Part shown: one piece after another, positions 18,748 to 29,912 of the stretch
Layout of the letters: each line of letters starts with the position of its first letter
How positions within the stretch are numbered: position 1 is the first letter of the stretch
Source of the DNA: Thermoanaerobaculia bacterium
GTDB lineage: Bacteria > Acidobacteriota > Thermoanaerobaculia > UBA5066
Length of the DNA: 64,000 bases
Direction of reading: 5' to 3'
Assembly (NCBI GenBank): GCA_963719225.1
Contig: CAVRAY010000001.1
Coordinates: forward strand, 3,136,001-3,200,000
Program-made: the position numbers and the translations under genes
Notes under the pieces: generated by a model
What the model saw: only the letters and a program-made list of their open reading frames with translations
What the model was told of the DNA's origin: nothing
Database searches by the model: none

Positions 18748-20607
18748 TGCGCAGCGACCTCCTGGAGTATTACGAGCGCGAGCTCGAGCTTCCTCCGCCA
18801 GATGGGAGCCGAGTTCGCCGACAAGTACCCGAAAATCGCCTCGCGCCTGCAGCTCGAGCCGGACAAGTGCGAGGACCCGCACGTCGAGCGGCTCCTCGAG
18901 GCGTTCGCGTTCCTCGCGGCGCGCGTGCGCCTCAAGATCGACGACGAGTTCCCCGAGATCACGGAATCGCTCCTCGGAATCCTGTATCCGACGTTCCTCG
19001 CTCCCGTGCCCTCGATGTCCGTCGCCCAGTTCGTCCTCGATTCCGAGCAGGTGAGCTTGCAGACCGGACAGGTCATTCCGAAAGGCGCGACGCTCGCGTC
19101 CGCTCCCGTCGACGGGCATCCCATGCCGGTTCCGGACCGCGTATCCGGTCACCATCTGGCCGGTCGAAGTGCGCGCCGCTCGGTTCGAGCAGGCGCCCGC
19201 GGTCACGATCGAAGGTCGCGACGCGCGGACGATGCTTCGCCTCGACCTGCACATCCTGGGAGCGGCCGCGCTGTCCGAGCTCAAGCGAGAAGTCGGTCCA
19301 GGGCGTCGAGCACCCGCTTTCGAAGCTCCGCTTCTACCTCCAGGGCGAAGGGAAGGTCGTCCACTCGCTCTACGAGCGCTCTTCAACGACGCGCTGTCCG
19401 TCGAGCTCCGCCCCAATTCGTCGGCTGGAGACGCCGCGGCGATCAAGCTGGGGCCCGGAGGCGCTCCGGCCGGTCGGTTTCGGCGAGGACGAGACGCTCC
19501 TGCCGACGCCGGACCGCCTTTTCCGGGGTTACCGCGTCCTCCAGGAATACTTCTCCTTCCCGGAGAAGTTCCTTTTCGTGGACCTCGAGGGGCTCGAGCG
19601 GCGTCCAGGGAAGCGCGTTCCGGACACGCTCGACGTCAGGATCCTCCTGGGACGTCCGTTCGCCGCCGAGCGGAGCGTCTCGGCGCAGACCTTCCGCCTC
19701 CACGCGACGCCGATCGTCAATCTCTTCTCGCAGATGGCGGAGCCCATTCGGGTGAGCACCTGACGCACGAGTACCGCGTCATTCCGAACCTGGGCCGACC
19801 GGGCGCGCACGAGGTCTGGTCCGTCGACAGCGTGACGTCGACGGGCGAAGACGTCGAGACCGTGCGGACCTTCCATCCGTTCTTCGCCTTCCGCCATGAC
19901 GCCGAACGCTCCGGACAGCAGGCCTTCTGGCATGCGAGCCGGCGCCCGTCGGAGCGCAAGGACGACGAGGGGACCGAGGTCTTCCTCACGCTCGTCGACA
20001 TGAACTTCGATCCGACCGTGCCGGATACGGACACGCTCACCGTGCACGTGACCAGCTCGAACCGCGACCTCCCGGCGCGCCTCCCGTTCGGGAATCCCGA
20101 GGGGGACTTCCAGCTCGAGGGACCTGGCGTTTTCACCGCGATCCGAAGCCTCGTGAAGCCGACCCCGAGCCTCCGGCCGCCGCTCCGGCGCGGGGCGCAC
20201 TGGAGGCTCATCTCGCATCTCGCCCTGAACGTTCTGTCGATCGTCGAGCGGGAGGGCGAGAAGGGTCCCGAAGCGCTCCGGGAGATCCTGCAGGCTCTAC
20301 GACATCTCCGATTCGTCCGTCACGAGGCAGCAGATCGACGGGATCTCGAAGCTCTCGGCGCGCCGGGTCGTCCGTCCGCTCCGCGACATCCACCCGGGAT
20401 TCGTGCGGGGACTCGAGGTCTCGATCGACTTCGACGAGCAGAAGTTCGTCGGGTTCGGGCGTCTACCTGTTCGCGTCCGTGCTCGAGCGGTTCCTGTCGC
20501 TCTATGCCTCCGTGAACTCCTTCAGCCAGCTCGTGGCGTCGACGAAGCAGCGCGAGGGCGTCCTCAAGCGCTGGCCGCCCCGCACCGGCGACCAGATCAT
20601 CCTTTGA
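18747..20607 (+). CDS. tssF: Baseplate TssF; multiple frameshifts
   Basis: LLEYYEREL, EFADKYPKIASRL...CEDPHVERLLEAFAFLAAR, GYRVLQEYFSFPEKFLF, HWRLISHLALN, LERFLSLYASVNSFSQL, WPPRTGDQIIL*. Confidence 0.92.
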
Positions 20608-21596
20608 ACGAGCGGCTGCGCACCCGACCCGAGCGATTCGGGTTCTTCCAGGCCGTCCGGCTGCTGGCGCGGCTGTCGCCGTCGCGCGTCCCGGTCGGTT
20701 ACGACGGGCCGCCGGGGAACGAGACCGCGCGCTTCAGGACCCGTGCGACCCTGGAATTCCCTCCCAGCGAGATTCACGACCTGCGAGTCGATCCGGACGA
20801 TCCGGACCGCCCGCCCGAGGTCACGGTGGCGATCGGAGGGACGACGGGCCCGCTCGGCGTACTCCCCATCCCCTATACCGAGCTCCTCATCGAGCGGGTC
20901 CGCTACAAGGACTACGCGCTCTGGGAGTTCTTCGATCTCTTCAACCACCGCTTCCTGTCTCTCTTCCACCGAGCCTGGCGGAAATACCGCTTCCCGCTCG
21001 TTTACGAGAGCGGCGGCGACGATCCCTTCATCCAGGGCCTCTTCGCGCTGATCGGCCTCGGAACGGGGAGCCTGCAGGGGCGCCAGAGCGTCTCCGACGA
21101 CGCTCTCCTCCTGTACGCCGGCCTCATCGCCCAGCGCCCGCACTCGGCGAGCGCGATCGAGGGAATGCTCCGCGATTATTTCGGTGTCCCGGCCCGGACG
21201 CGGCAGTTCGTCGGACAATGGCTGGACCTCGAGCCGGAAGACGCGTCGAGGCTCGGCGCCAGGAACAGCCGTCTCGGCGTCGACCTCGTTTGCGGCGACC
21301 ACGTCTGGAACAACCAGTCCCGCTTCCGGATCCGTCTCGGCCCGCTCGGATTCGCGTCGTTCCGGGCCTTTTTGCCGCGCGGAGACGCCTGGAGGCCGCT
21401 GAACGACCTCGTCCGGTTCCTCGTCGGCGTCGAGTACGACTTCGACCTGCAGCTCGTCCTGAAGAAGGAGGAGATTCCCGAATGTCACCTCGAGTCCGAC
21501 GCCCCGGCCCCGCCGATGCTCGGCTGGACGACCTGGCTCAAGAGCGCCCCCGCGCCCGAGGATGCCTCGGACCTGATTCTCGAGTCCATGAATTAG
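20604..21596 (+). CDS. tssG: Baseplate TssG
   Basis: FGFFQAVRLL, GPLGVLPIPYTE, FFDLFNHRFLSLFHRAWRKYR, QFVGQW, LGWTTWL; TTG start overlaps the tssF stop. Confidence 0.93.
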   Translation: MNERLRTRPERFGFFQAVRLLARLSPSRVPVGYDGPPGNETARFRTRATLEFPPSEIHDLRVDPDDPDRPPEVTVAIGGTTGPLGVLPIPYTELLIERVRYKDYALWEFFDLFNHRFLSLFHRAWRKYRFPLVYESGGDDPFIQGLFALIGLGTGSLQGRQSVSDDALLLYAGLIAQRPHSASAIEGMLRDYFGVPARTRQFVGQWLDLEPEDASRLGARNSRLGVDLVCGDHVWNNQSRFRIRLGPLGFASFRAFLPRGDAWRPLNDLVRFLVGVEYDFDLQLVLKKEEIPECHLESDAPAPPMLGWTTWLKSAPAPEDASDLILESMN

Positions 21597-21638
21597 GATA
21601 AGAACCCGTCTCAAAGCGAGAAGAGGAAGGAAGCGACC

Positions 21639-24375
21639 ATGGGCGCGAATCTGAAATCCCTCATCGGCCGACTCAACGACACCTGCCGCAACGCACTGGA
21701 AGGCGCCGCCGGGCTTTGCCTGTCGCGGACGAACTACGACGTCGACGTGGAGCATCTGCTCGTCAAGCTGGGCGAAACGCCGGATACGGACTTCCACCGG
21801 ATCCTGCGCCGGTTCGAGATCGACGAGTCGCGGCTCGCGAAGGACCTCGTGCGGTCGCTCGACCGGCTCAAGACCGGGAACACGCGCACCCCGGCTCTCT
21901 CTCCGCGCCTCCCGAAGCTCATCGAGGAAGCCTGGCTCGTCGGTTCGATCGACTTCGGCGCCTCGAAGGTCCGGTCCGCGCACGTCCTCCTCGCGTTCCT
22001 CGAGAAGGACGAGTTCGCCCGCCTCGCGCGGGAGATCTCCAAGGAGTTCGCGGCGATCTCGGTCGAGGCGCTTCGCAAGGAGTTCGACAAGATCGTCTCG
22101 GGCTCGGTCGAGGATCGTGATGCGGCCTCGCTGAGCGAGGCGCCGTCCGGCGACGCGGCCGGCGGAGCGACGGGAGTCCCTGGCCGGACGAAGGCCCTGG
22201 ACCAGTACACCGTGGATCTCACGGCCCGCGCGAGGGCCGGTCACATCGATCCGATCCTCGGGAGGGACTCCGAGATCCGCCAGGTCATCGACATCCTCAC
22301 GCGCCGCCGCCAGAACAATCCCATCCTCACGGGAGAGGCCGGCGTCGGAAAGACGGCGGTCGTCGAGGGATTTGCCCTCCGGATCGCCGCAGGGGGACGT
22401 TCCCGGCCCGCTGAAGAACGTCGCCGTGAGGACCCTCGACCTCGGCCTCCTGCAGGCGGGAGCGGGAATCAAGGGAGAGTTCGAGAACCGCCTCAAGTCC
22501 GTGATCGAGGAGGTCAAGGCGTCGCCGCAGCCCATCGTCGTCTTCATCGACGAGGCGCACACGATGATCGGCGCGGGCGGACAGGCGGGACAGAACGACG
22601 CCGCGAACCTCCTGAAGCCCGCCCTCGCCCGCGGCGAGCTCAGGACGATCGCCGCGACGACCTGGGCCGAGTACAAGAAGTATTTCGAGAAGGACGCCGC
22701 TCTCGCCCGGCGCTTCCAGGTCGTCAAGGTGGAGGAGCCGACGGAGGAGTCCGCGATCATCATGATGCGGGGCCTCACGGAGCCCCTCGAGAACCATCAC
22801 AAGGTGCGCATCCTCGACGAGGCGGTCGAAGACGCGGTCCGCCTCTCGCACCGCTACATCTCGGGCCGGCAGCTCCCGGACAAGTCCGTCTCCGTGCTGG
22901 ATACGGCCTGCGCGCGTGTCGCGATCGGGCAGGCCGCGACACCTCCCGCGGTGGAGGACTCGCAGCGGCGGATCGACCACTGCGCGGCGGAGATCGGCGT
23001 CCTCGAGCGCGAGGCCGTCACGGGCGCCTCGCACGACAAGCGCCTCGCGGAGCTGAAGGAGCGGAAGGCCGCCGAAGAGGCGTCCCTCGCGAAGCTTCGG
23101 GCGCAGTGGGACGCCGAACGTGCCCTCGTCGAAAGGATCCGCGATCTCCGCGGCCAGCTCGAGGAGATCGCCTCGCCTTCGAAGAAGGGGAAGACCGCGG
23201 CGCCGCCCGCCGGCGCGAAAGCGCCGGCATCCGGAGCTCCGGCCGAGCCGGCGGCTCCCGCGGCACCCGTCCCTCCGCCCGATCCCGCCGCCCTTCGCGC
23301 CGAGCTCGAGAAGCTGAACGCGGAGCTCGACGCCATCCAGGGCGAGACGCCGCTCATGCAGGCGTGCGTGACGTCGCAGACGATCGCCGAGGTCATCTCG
23401 GGATGGACCGGGATCCCGGTCGGCAAGATGCTGACCGACGAGATCCACACGGTTCTCATGTTGAAATCGAAGCTCGAGCAGCGGGTCATCGGCCAGGCGC
23501 ACGGGCTCGAAGCGATCGCGAGCCGCATCCGGACCGCGCGCGCGAACCTGACCGACCCGCGCCGGCCGATCGGAGTCTTCCTCCTCGTCGGACCCAGCGG
23601 CGTGGGCAAGACGGAGACGGCGCTGACCCTGGCCGAGACGCTCTACGGCGGCGAGCGGAACCTGATCACGATCAACATGAGCGAGTACCAGGAAGCGCAC
23701 ACGGTCTCGTCGCTCAAGGGGTCGCCTCCGGGATACGTGGGATACGGCGAGGGAGGCGTCCTGACGGAGGCCGTGCGACGCCGTCCCTATTCGGTCGTCC
23801 TTCTCGACGAAGTCGAAAAGGCGCATCCCGACGTCATGGAGCTCTTCTATCAGGTCTTCGACAAGGGAATGCTCGAGGACGGGGAGGGCCGGGAGATCGA
23901 CTTCAAGAACACCGTCATCCTCCTGACGTCCAATGCCGCGACCGACACCATGATGAAGCTCTGCGCCGACCCCGAGACCGCGCCCGAGCCCGAGAAGCTC
24001 GTGGAGGCGATCAAGCCGGAGCTGAACAAGATCTTCAAGCCGGCCCTCCTCGGGCGCATGGTCATCGTGCCCTACTACCCGATCGGCGATGCGGTCATGC
24101 GCGAGATCATCAAGCTGCAGCTCGGGAGAATCGGGGCACGCCTTCTCGAGAACCACGGCGCGGCTTTCACCTACGACGACGCCGTCATCAAGGAGGTCTC
24201 GTCGCGCTGCAAGGAGGTCGAGAGCGGCGCCCGCAACGTGGACCACATCCTGACGCGGACGGTCCTCCCGGAAATGTCCGGCGAGTTCCTTTCGCGAATG
24301 GCGGAGGGGCGGATGATCTCGAAGGTGCACGTGACGGTCGGCGACGGGGGCGCCTTCCGCTACGAGTTCAGCTGA
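21639..24375 (+). CDS. tssH: ClpV / TssH AAA+ ATPase; one frameshift near 22390
   Basis: [26 protein letters not shown]; [18 protein letters not shown]; [21 protein letters not shown]; [11 protein letters not shown]; LLDEVEKAH. Confidence 0.95.
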
Positions 24376-24527
24376 TGCGAGTCGCGGACGGGCCTCGGTC
24401 GGACGCTCCCCTGCGGTATTCTTCGGCGTCGTCCGGAAGGAAACCACGGACGTGACTCGCGTTACAGCGCGAGGGGAACCCCAGCCCTACCTTTGTGACG
24501 CGTGCCGGGCGCGCAGAAGGGGACGCG

Positions 24528-25232
24528 ATGCACCATGACATCCTGAGAATGACCACCTCGACCGTCCTCGGATGGCCGCTCGGCGGACACGAGAGGATGT
24601 CGGCGGATGCCGCCGCCACGGCTCTCCTGCGGGCGGAGACCGGCGGCGTGCTCGGAGACGCGTCTCCCGAGCGTCGCGATCGGCTGCGCGAGGTGGTCCG
24701 GGCGATGTCCGGGTTCGTGCAGGTGCCCGACATGGACGGCGCCCTGACGGGAGGGCACTGGCGTGCCTGGGGACAGATGCAGCACTTCATGCGCGTCCCC
24801 GGAAGGACCGTGGCCGAGTCCTTCCGCCTCGCGAAGGATTCGCTGTGGGGCGCGGCCGACGCGGCGGTCTTCCAGTTCCGCAGGGACGATCTCGCGCGCG
24901 CCAAGTCGAGCCTGGGCCAGGCGCTTCATGCTCTCCAGGATTCGTTCTCGCCGGCCCACGTCAAGCGCGAGCCGGACGAACAGGGTCGGCTAGTCGTCAA
25001 GGATCTCTACGAGTACACCGCGCAGGATTCCAAGCAGCACGCAAAAGGCGACGAGACCTACAGGACCGGCGAAGGCGAACAGGGCCCCTATTCCGCCCTT
25101 GGAAAGGCCACCGTCCTCGCCTCGACGCTTCTTCTCGCCTACTTCATCCAGCGATGCGTGGGACGCGAATCCGACGCCGCCGGCCTCCGGCAGTCGCTGG
25201 ACGACACCTACCTGCGCGAGCAGGCCTCATGA
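24528..25232 (+). CDS. Putative Zn-dependent phospholipase C / P1-nuclease-fold protein, candidate T6SS effector
   Basis: W-x4-H near the N-terminus (WPLGGHERM), QHFMR, LGQALHALQDSFSPAH, later H (QHAKGD); between tssH and vgrG; RBS AGAAGGGG. Confidence 0.6.
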   Translation: MHHDILRMTTSTVLGWPLGGHERMSADAAATALLRAETGGVLGDASPERRDRLREVVRAMSGFVQVPDMDGALTGGHWRAWGQMQHFMRVPGRTVAESFRLAKDSLWGAADAAVFQFRRDDLARAKSSLGQALHALQDSFSPAHVKREPDEQGRLVVKDLYEYTAQDSKQHAKGDETYRTGEGEQGPYSALGKATVLASTLLLAYFIQRCVGRESDAAGLRQSLDDTYLREQAS

Positions 25233-25267
25233 GGATCGGCCGGTCATCGGCCTTCGAGGAGTGCTGA

Positions 25268-27512
25268 GTGGCCTACACGCAGGACAATCGCCGCCTCAAG
25301 ATCAAGACACCGCTGGGCCCCAACGATCTTCTCCTCAACGGCTTCGCGGGGCGCGAAGCGATCTCGCAGCTGTTTCACTACCAGCTGCGATGCGTGGGCG
25401 AGATCGCGACGAAGATCCCCTTCGAAAGCGTTCTCGGCGAACCGGTCACCGTGGAGGTCGCCCTCCCGGGAAACAAGAAGCGCTTCTTCAACGGCATCTG
25501 CGCGAGGATTTCGCAGGGAGCGCGGGATGCGACGTTCACGGGGTATCACCTCGAGATCGTCCCGAAGGCATGGCTCCTGACCCGGAAGACCCAGAGCCGG
25601 ATCTTTCAGCACCTCTCGATTCCGGACATCCTGAAGAAAGTGCTCACGGGTTTGCCCGTCACCTATGAGATCCAGGGGACGTTCGAGCCGCGCGACTACT
25701 GCGCCCAGTACCGCGAGTCGGACTTCGCGTTCGCGAGCCGCTTGATGGAAGAGGAAGGGATCTACTACTTCTTCAAGCACAGCGACGGTAGTCACCAGAT
25801 GGTGGTCGCGAACACGCCCGGAAGCCACTCCGACCTTCCTGTCAAGAGCTCCCTCATTTTCGAGTCCGTCGGCGGAGGGGCCCGAACCGAGGACCGCGTG
25901 AGCGCCTGGGAAAAGGTGCAGGAGCTGCGCGCCTCGAAGACAACGCTCTGGGACCACTGTTTCGAGCTCCCGCACAAGCACCTCGAGGCCGACAAGCCGA
26001 TCCAGGCATCCGTTGCCGCCGGCAAGTCCTCGCACAAGCTCGCCCTCTCGGCGAACTCGAAGCTCGAGCTCTACGACTGGCCCGGGGCCTACGCGCAACG
26101 CTTCGACGGCATCAACAAGGGAGGCGGCGAGCAGCCGGCGGAGCTCCAGAAGATCTTCACGGACAACAAACGAACCGTCGACTTGAGGATGCAGGCGGAG
26201 GCGGCCGCCAGCGTCCTCGTCAACGCGGCCAGCAACTGTCGCCAGGTCGTCTCGGGCCACAAGTTCACGCTCGAACGCCATTTCGAGGGGGACGGCCCCT
26301 GGGTCGTCTACCAGGTCGAACACGTGGCCTCCGAGTCCGCTGACCTGCGCTCCGGGGGAGGCGGGTTCAACTACCAGAACAGCTTCACGTGCTTCCCGGT
26401 CGCTCTGCCCTTCCGCCCGCCCCGCGTCACGCCGACCCCCGTCGTGAGGGGAACGCAGAGCGCGGTCGTCGTCGGGCCCAAGGGCGAGGAGATCTTCACG
26501 GACAAGTACGGACGGGTGAAGGTCCAGTTCCACTGGGACCGGGAAGGCAAGAACGACACCGACAGCTCGTGCTGGGTGCGCGTCGCGCAGCCGGTCGCGG
26601 GACGCCGGTGGGGATCCTCCTTCTGGCCGCGGATCGGCCAGGAGGTGATCGTCGACTTCCTCGAGGGAGACCCGGACCAGCCGATCATCCTCGGGAGCGT
26701 CTACAACGCCGACCAGATGCCGCCTTACCTCGGCGACGGCCTGGATAGCAAGCACAAGAACGACAACAAGTTGAGTGGGTTCAAGTCGAACACGACGATG
26801 GGCGGCGCCGGGTACAACGAGATGCGCATGGACGACACGAAGGGCAAGGAGCAGCTCTTCCTCCATGGCGAACGCAACATGGACGTCCGGGTGAAGAACG
26901 AGTCCATGGAGAGCGTCGGCAGCAACAAGCACCTGACAGTGGGCGGAGAGAAGGACGGGCAGACGTTTGGAAACTACAAGGTGCTCGTCCACAGGCACAT
27001 GGGCCTTCGCGTCAGGAAAACGTTGGAGCAGATCGTCGGCAGCACCATGTGGCTCACGGTCGGCACGGAGGGTGGGGATTCAGGCTCGAACATGGTTCTG
27101 GTCGTGAAGGGCAACCGCTACAAGCTCGTCGAGAATGAAGAACACGTTCACATCAAGACGGACCGGAAGGAAAAGGTCGACGGGGGACAGAGTCTGACGG
27201 TGGGCGGGGACCAGAACGAGAAAGTCCAGAACCATGCGCTCGAGGCCGTGCAGGAGATCCACCTGAAGGCCGGCACGAAAGTCGTGATCGAGGCGGGAGC
27301 GCAGCTCAGCCTCAAGGGCCCCGGAGGGTTCATCGACATCGGACCCGGCGGTGTCACGATCAACGGCACGATCGTCAAGATCAATTCCGGCGGCTCCGCC
27401 GGCTCTGGGGCTGGCGCGACACCCGGCGTCGCCCGACGACGCCGACGAGGCCAGGAAGCACGACCCGACTCCGGCAGACGATTCGAAGTCGGGCATGAAG
27501 TCATGTCCGTAA
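25268..27512 (+). CDS. vgrG: VgrG (TssI) spike protein; frameshift near 27420
   Basis: GREAISQLF, YCAQYRESDFAFASRLMEEEGIYYFF, EIFTDKYGRVKVQFHWDR, SSCWVRVAQ, PRIGQEVIVDFLEGDPDQP; the true C-terminus ...ADDSKSGMKSCP* ends at TAA 27512 in a shifted frame. Confidence 0.95.
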
Positions 27513-27524
27513 GGAGACACGACC

Positions 27525-28765
27525 ATGGCGGCCGAGAGAAGAAAAGGGCGGATAGGAGATGACGCCCGCTGCAAAGGTCACCAGCTTGACGGGTCACGGC
27601 ACACCCCTGAGTCCCGGCCCCGGCTGCCCCACCGTCCTGATCGGTTTCATGCCCGCCTGGCGTGCCCTGCCGGCGGCAATGGCGAGCGCAGTCCAGTCCG
27701 CCTGGAACGTGATGAACTCGTTCATGGTGAGGCCGCGGATGACGCCGGCCGAACGGGACGGCCAGCCTCGTCGGGATCTCCCAGTCGCTCTGTTCAGCAA
27801 GGGGCCAAGGCCGCCGGAGCCGGCGCGCCCGCTGCCGCGGGGACCGCGGGCAGCGCGGTGGCCGCGCTGAATACGGCGAACGTGGCGCTGACGGCGGTCT
27901 GGACGGCGGCCTCAGTCGTCCCGGGTGGCTCAGCCAGCCGCGAACATCGCCTACACCGAGGGGGTCAAGGCGGCGGCCGCGGCGGCAGCCAGCGCCGTCA
28001 TGGCGTCTATGGCGAGCCTCTCCGACATGCACATCTGCCCCATTCCCGTGCCGATCCCGCCGCACGGCCCGGGCTTCGTCACGAAGGGAAGCTCGACGGT
28101 CGTGATCGAGAACTGCCGCGGCACGCGCAGGGAGACCAGATCATCGAAGCCATGCGGCGGACCGGAACAAAATCGCGATGGGGGATCCGACGGTCATTAT
28201 CGGGGACTCCGGTAGCGGGGGCGAAGGGGGCGGCGGAGGCGGCGCAGGCGGAGGGGCGGCGCCGGCGCAGCTGGTGCCGGGGCCGGCACCGGCGCCGGTG
28301 CCGGCGCGGGTGCGGGCACGAAGCTGAACAAAGGACCATTCAAGACTGCGGACGAGGCGGCCAAAGCGGCGCTCAATGCCGCGAACCCTCAATCGATCAA
28401 GGACAACCTCGAGTATTCGGGTCTGATCTATCAGGGAAAGGACGGAGGGTTCTACTTCACGGGCCCGGCCAAGGGCTCCGATCAGGGCGCGAATCCGCAC
28501 AAGGATGCGCCTGCCCCGCCCGGTACGCACTGTGGTGGGCGACTACCACACTCACGGCGGACTACTCGACGCTGGACCCGAAAACGGGAGCAGCCGTACG
28601 AACGAATGACCCCTCGAAGGATCAGTTCAACAGCGACAACTTCTCGACGCAGGACAAGGCGGGACGCCGCGACGAAGCAGGGTTACCCGGAGCGGCTATC
28701 TCGGGACGCCGAGCGGAACGTTCCGAAAATTCGACCCTGCGACCGGAAGCGACACGGTGCTGTGA
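27525..28765 (+). CDS. PAAR protein fused to a C-terminal JAB-family (DUF4329 / Tox-JAB-2-like) toxin domain; several frameshifts
   Basis: PAAKVTSLTGHG...PTVLIGFMPAWR; DMHICPIPVPIPPHGPG...GSSTVVI; AMGDPTVIIG; Gly/Ala linker; FKTADEAAKAAL...NLEYSGLIY, VVGDYHTH, DNFSTQD, YLGTPSGTFRKFDP...VL*. Reconstructed across frames. Confidence 0.75.
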
Positions 28766-28818
28766 GCCTGCTTTCGGCGGCCTCGGCCGCCCGATGGATG
28801 ATGGGAGGATTGGCAATC

Positions 28819-29322
28819 ATGGCGACGACCGGCCAGATCAAGGTGCTGGAGAGCATTCAGGGGAGCAGCTTCCTGGCAAGCGAGTCCGCCATGGGAGTCT
28901 TCCAGAGCCACAAGCCGGATTTCGAGCACGGCACCTTCGAAGTCCTCCGGGAGGGGGATTCGGAATTCGTGGTCTTCACCGACGGACAGGGGCAGCTCGG
29001 CGTCCGGGTCGGAACGGCGGCGGAGCTGAACGCGCAGGATCTCAAGGTGTTCGCGTCGAACCGGGCCCGCATGAAAGTCGTCGACACGATCCAGGGAAGC
29101 AACTTCCTGTCCATGCGCGTCGCCGTGGAAGTCTTCCGCCGACACAACCCGGACCTTGCCGAGTATCGGATCGAGGTCGTGCGGGACGGGGACTCCCACG
29201 TGGTCCTCTTCTCCGACAAGGACCGGAGCCACGGGACCCGAGGCAGCGCCGGTCGACCCGGATTCGAAGTCGCGATCGACCCGCGCAACCGAAGGGTCAC
29301 GCGATCGAATTTCGTCCGATAT
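28819..29322 (+). CDS. Probable immunity protein (NTF2-fold, YbbC/YhhH-like) with internal duplication
   Basis: Directly after the toxin stop; RBS GGAGG; two related repeats; ends GSAGRPGFEVAIDPRNRRVTRSNFVR. No in-frame stop at the expected end (probably an error), so the end is approximate. Confidence 0.6.
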
Positions 29323-29397
29323 GTGAGGGTCGTACTCCTTGGAGTGACGGGAACGCGAGTCCCGGCGCCCGGAACCCCGGAACGAGAACGCCGCCGG

Positions 29398-29910
29398 TCA
29401 CTCCGCGAGGTCGATGATGTCGGAGCGTTGCGCGATCACGCTCGGACCCGGGCAGCCCAGGTGACCCCGCTGGAACATCGAGTGGTAGCCCAGTCCGAGA
29501 CCGTTGCGCGTGCTGGCGAGCTGCAGCGGCATTCCCCAGTTGGAATTGAACCAGGCGAGCAGGCGGGCGTTGCTCCTGACCTGCTCCTTCGTCAGCTCCT
29601 GGCCGGGCAGGGCGATGTTCTCGACGCTCACCCAGTGCGCGTCGTCGTTCCTCGTCTCGTCGCCCCCGACGCCCCACGCGATGTCACTCAGGTCCACGAA
29701 CTGTGCGATGTCGCCGTTCTTCGCGACGCAGAAGTGCGCCGATGCGCCGGCGCCCGGCACGTTGAACGTCGCAAAAATCCCGCCGAGGTCCGGCAGGTTC
29801 CCCTTCACTCCGTCCGTGATGTGCACCGCGATTCCCCGGGGGATCAGCGCCATGCCCCCCTTGGTGAAGTTGTGCTGAATGGGCCACCACCTCGCGAACG
29901 GAAGACGCAT
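29398..29910 (-). CDS. N-acetylmuramoyl-L-alanine amidase (Amidase_2 family)
   Basis: IAVHITDG, ASAHFCVAKNGDIAQFV, AWGVG, VSVEN, LTKEQ, GYH, CPG; no signal peptide. Confidence 0.85.
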   Translation of the reverse strand: MRLPFARWWPIQHNFTKGGMALIPRGIAVHITDGVKGNLPDLGGIFATFNVPGAGASAHFCVAKNGDIAQFVDLSDIAWGVGGDETRNDDAHWVSVENIALPGQELTKEQVRSNARLLAWFNSNWGMPLQLASTRNGLGLGYHSMFQRGHLGCPGPSVIAQRSDIIDLAE

Positions 29911-29912
29911 CG

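Noticed and set aside
16020-22400. Programmed frameshifting in T6SS genes
   Set aside because: Too many shifts, in both directions and without consistent slippery motifs; sequencing error is simpler.
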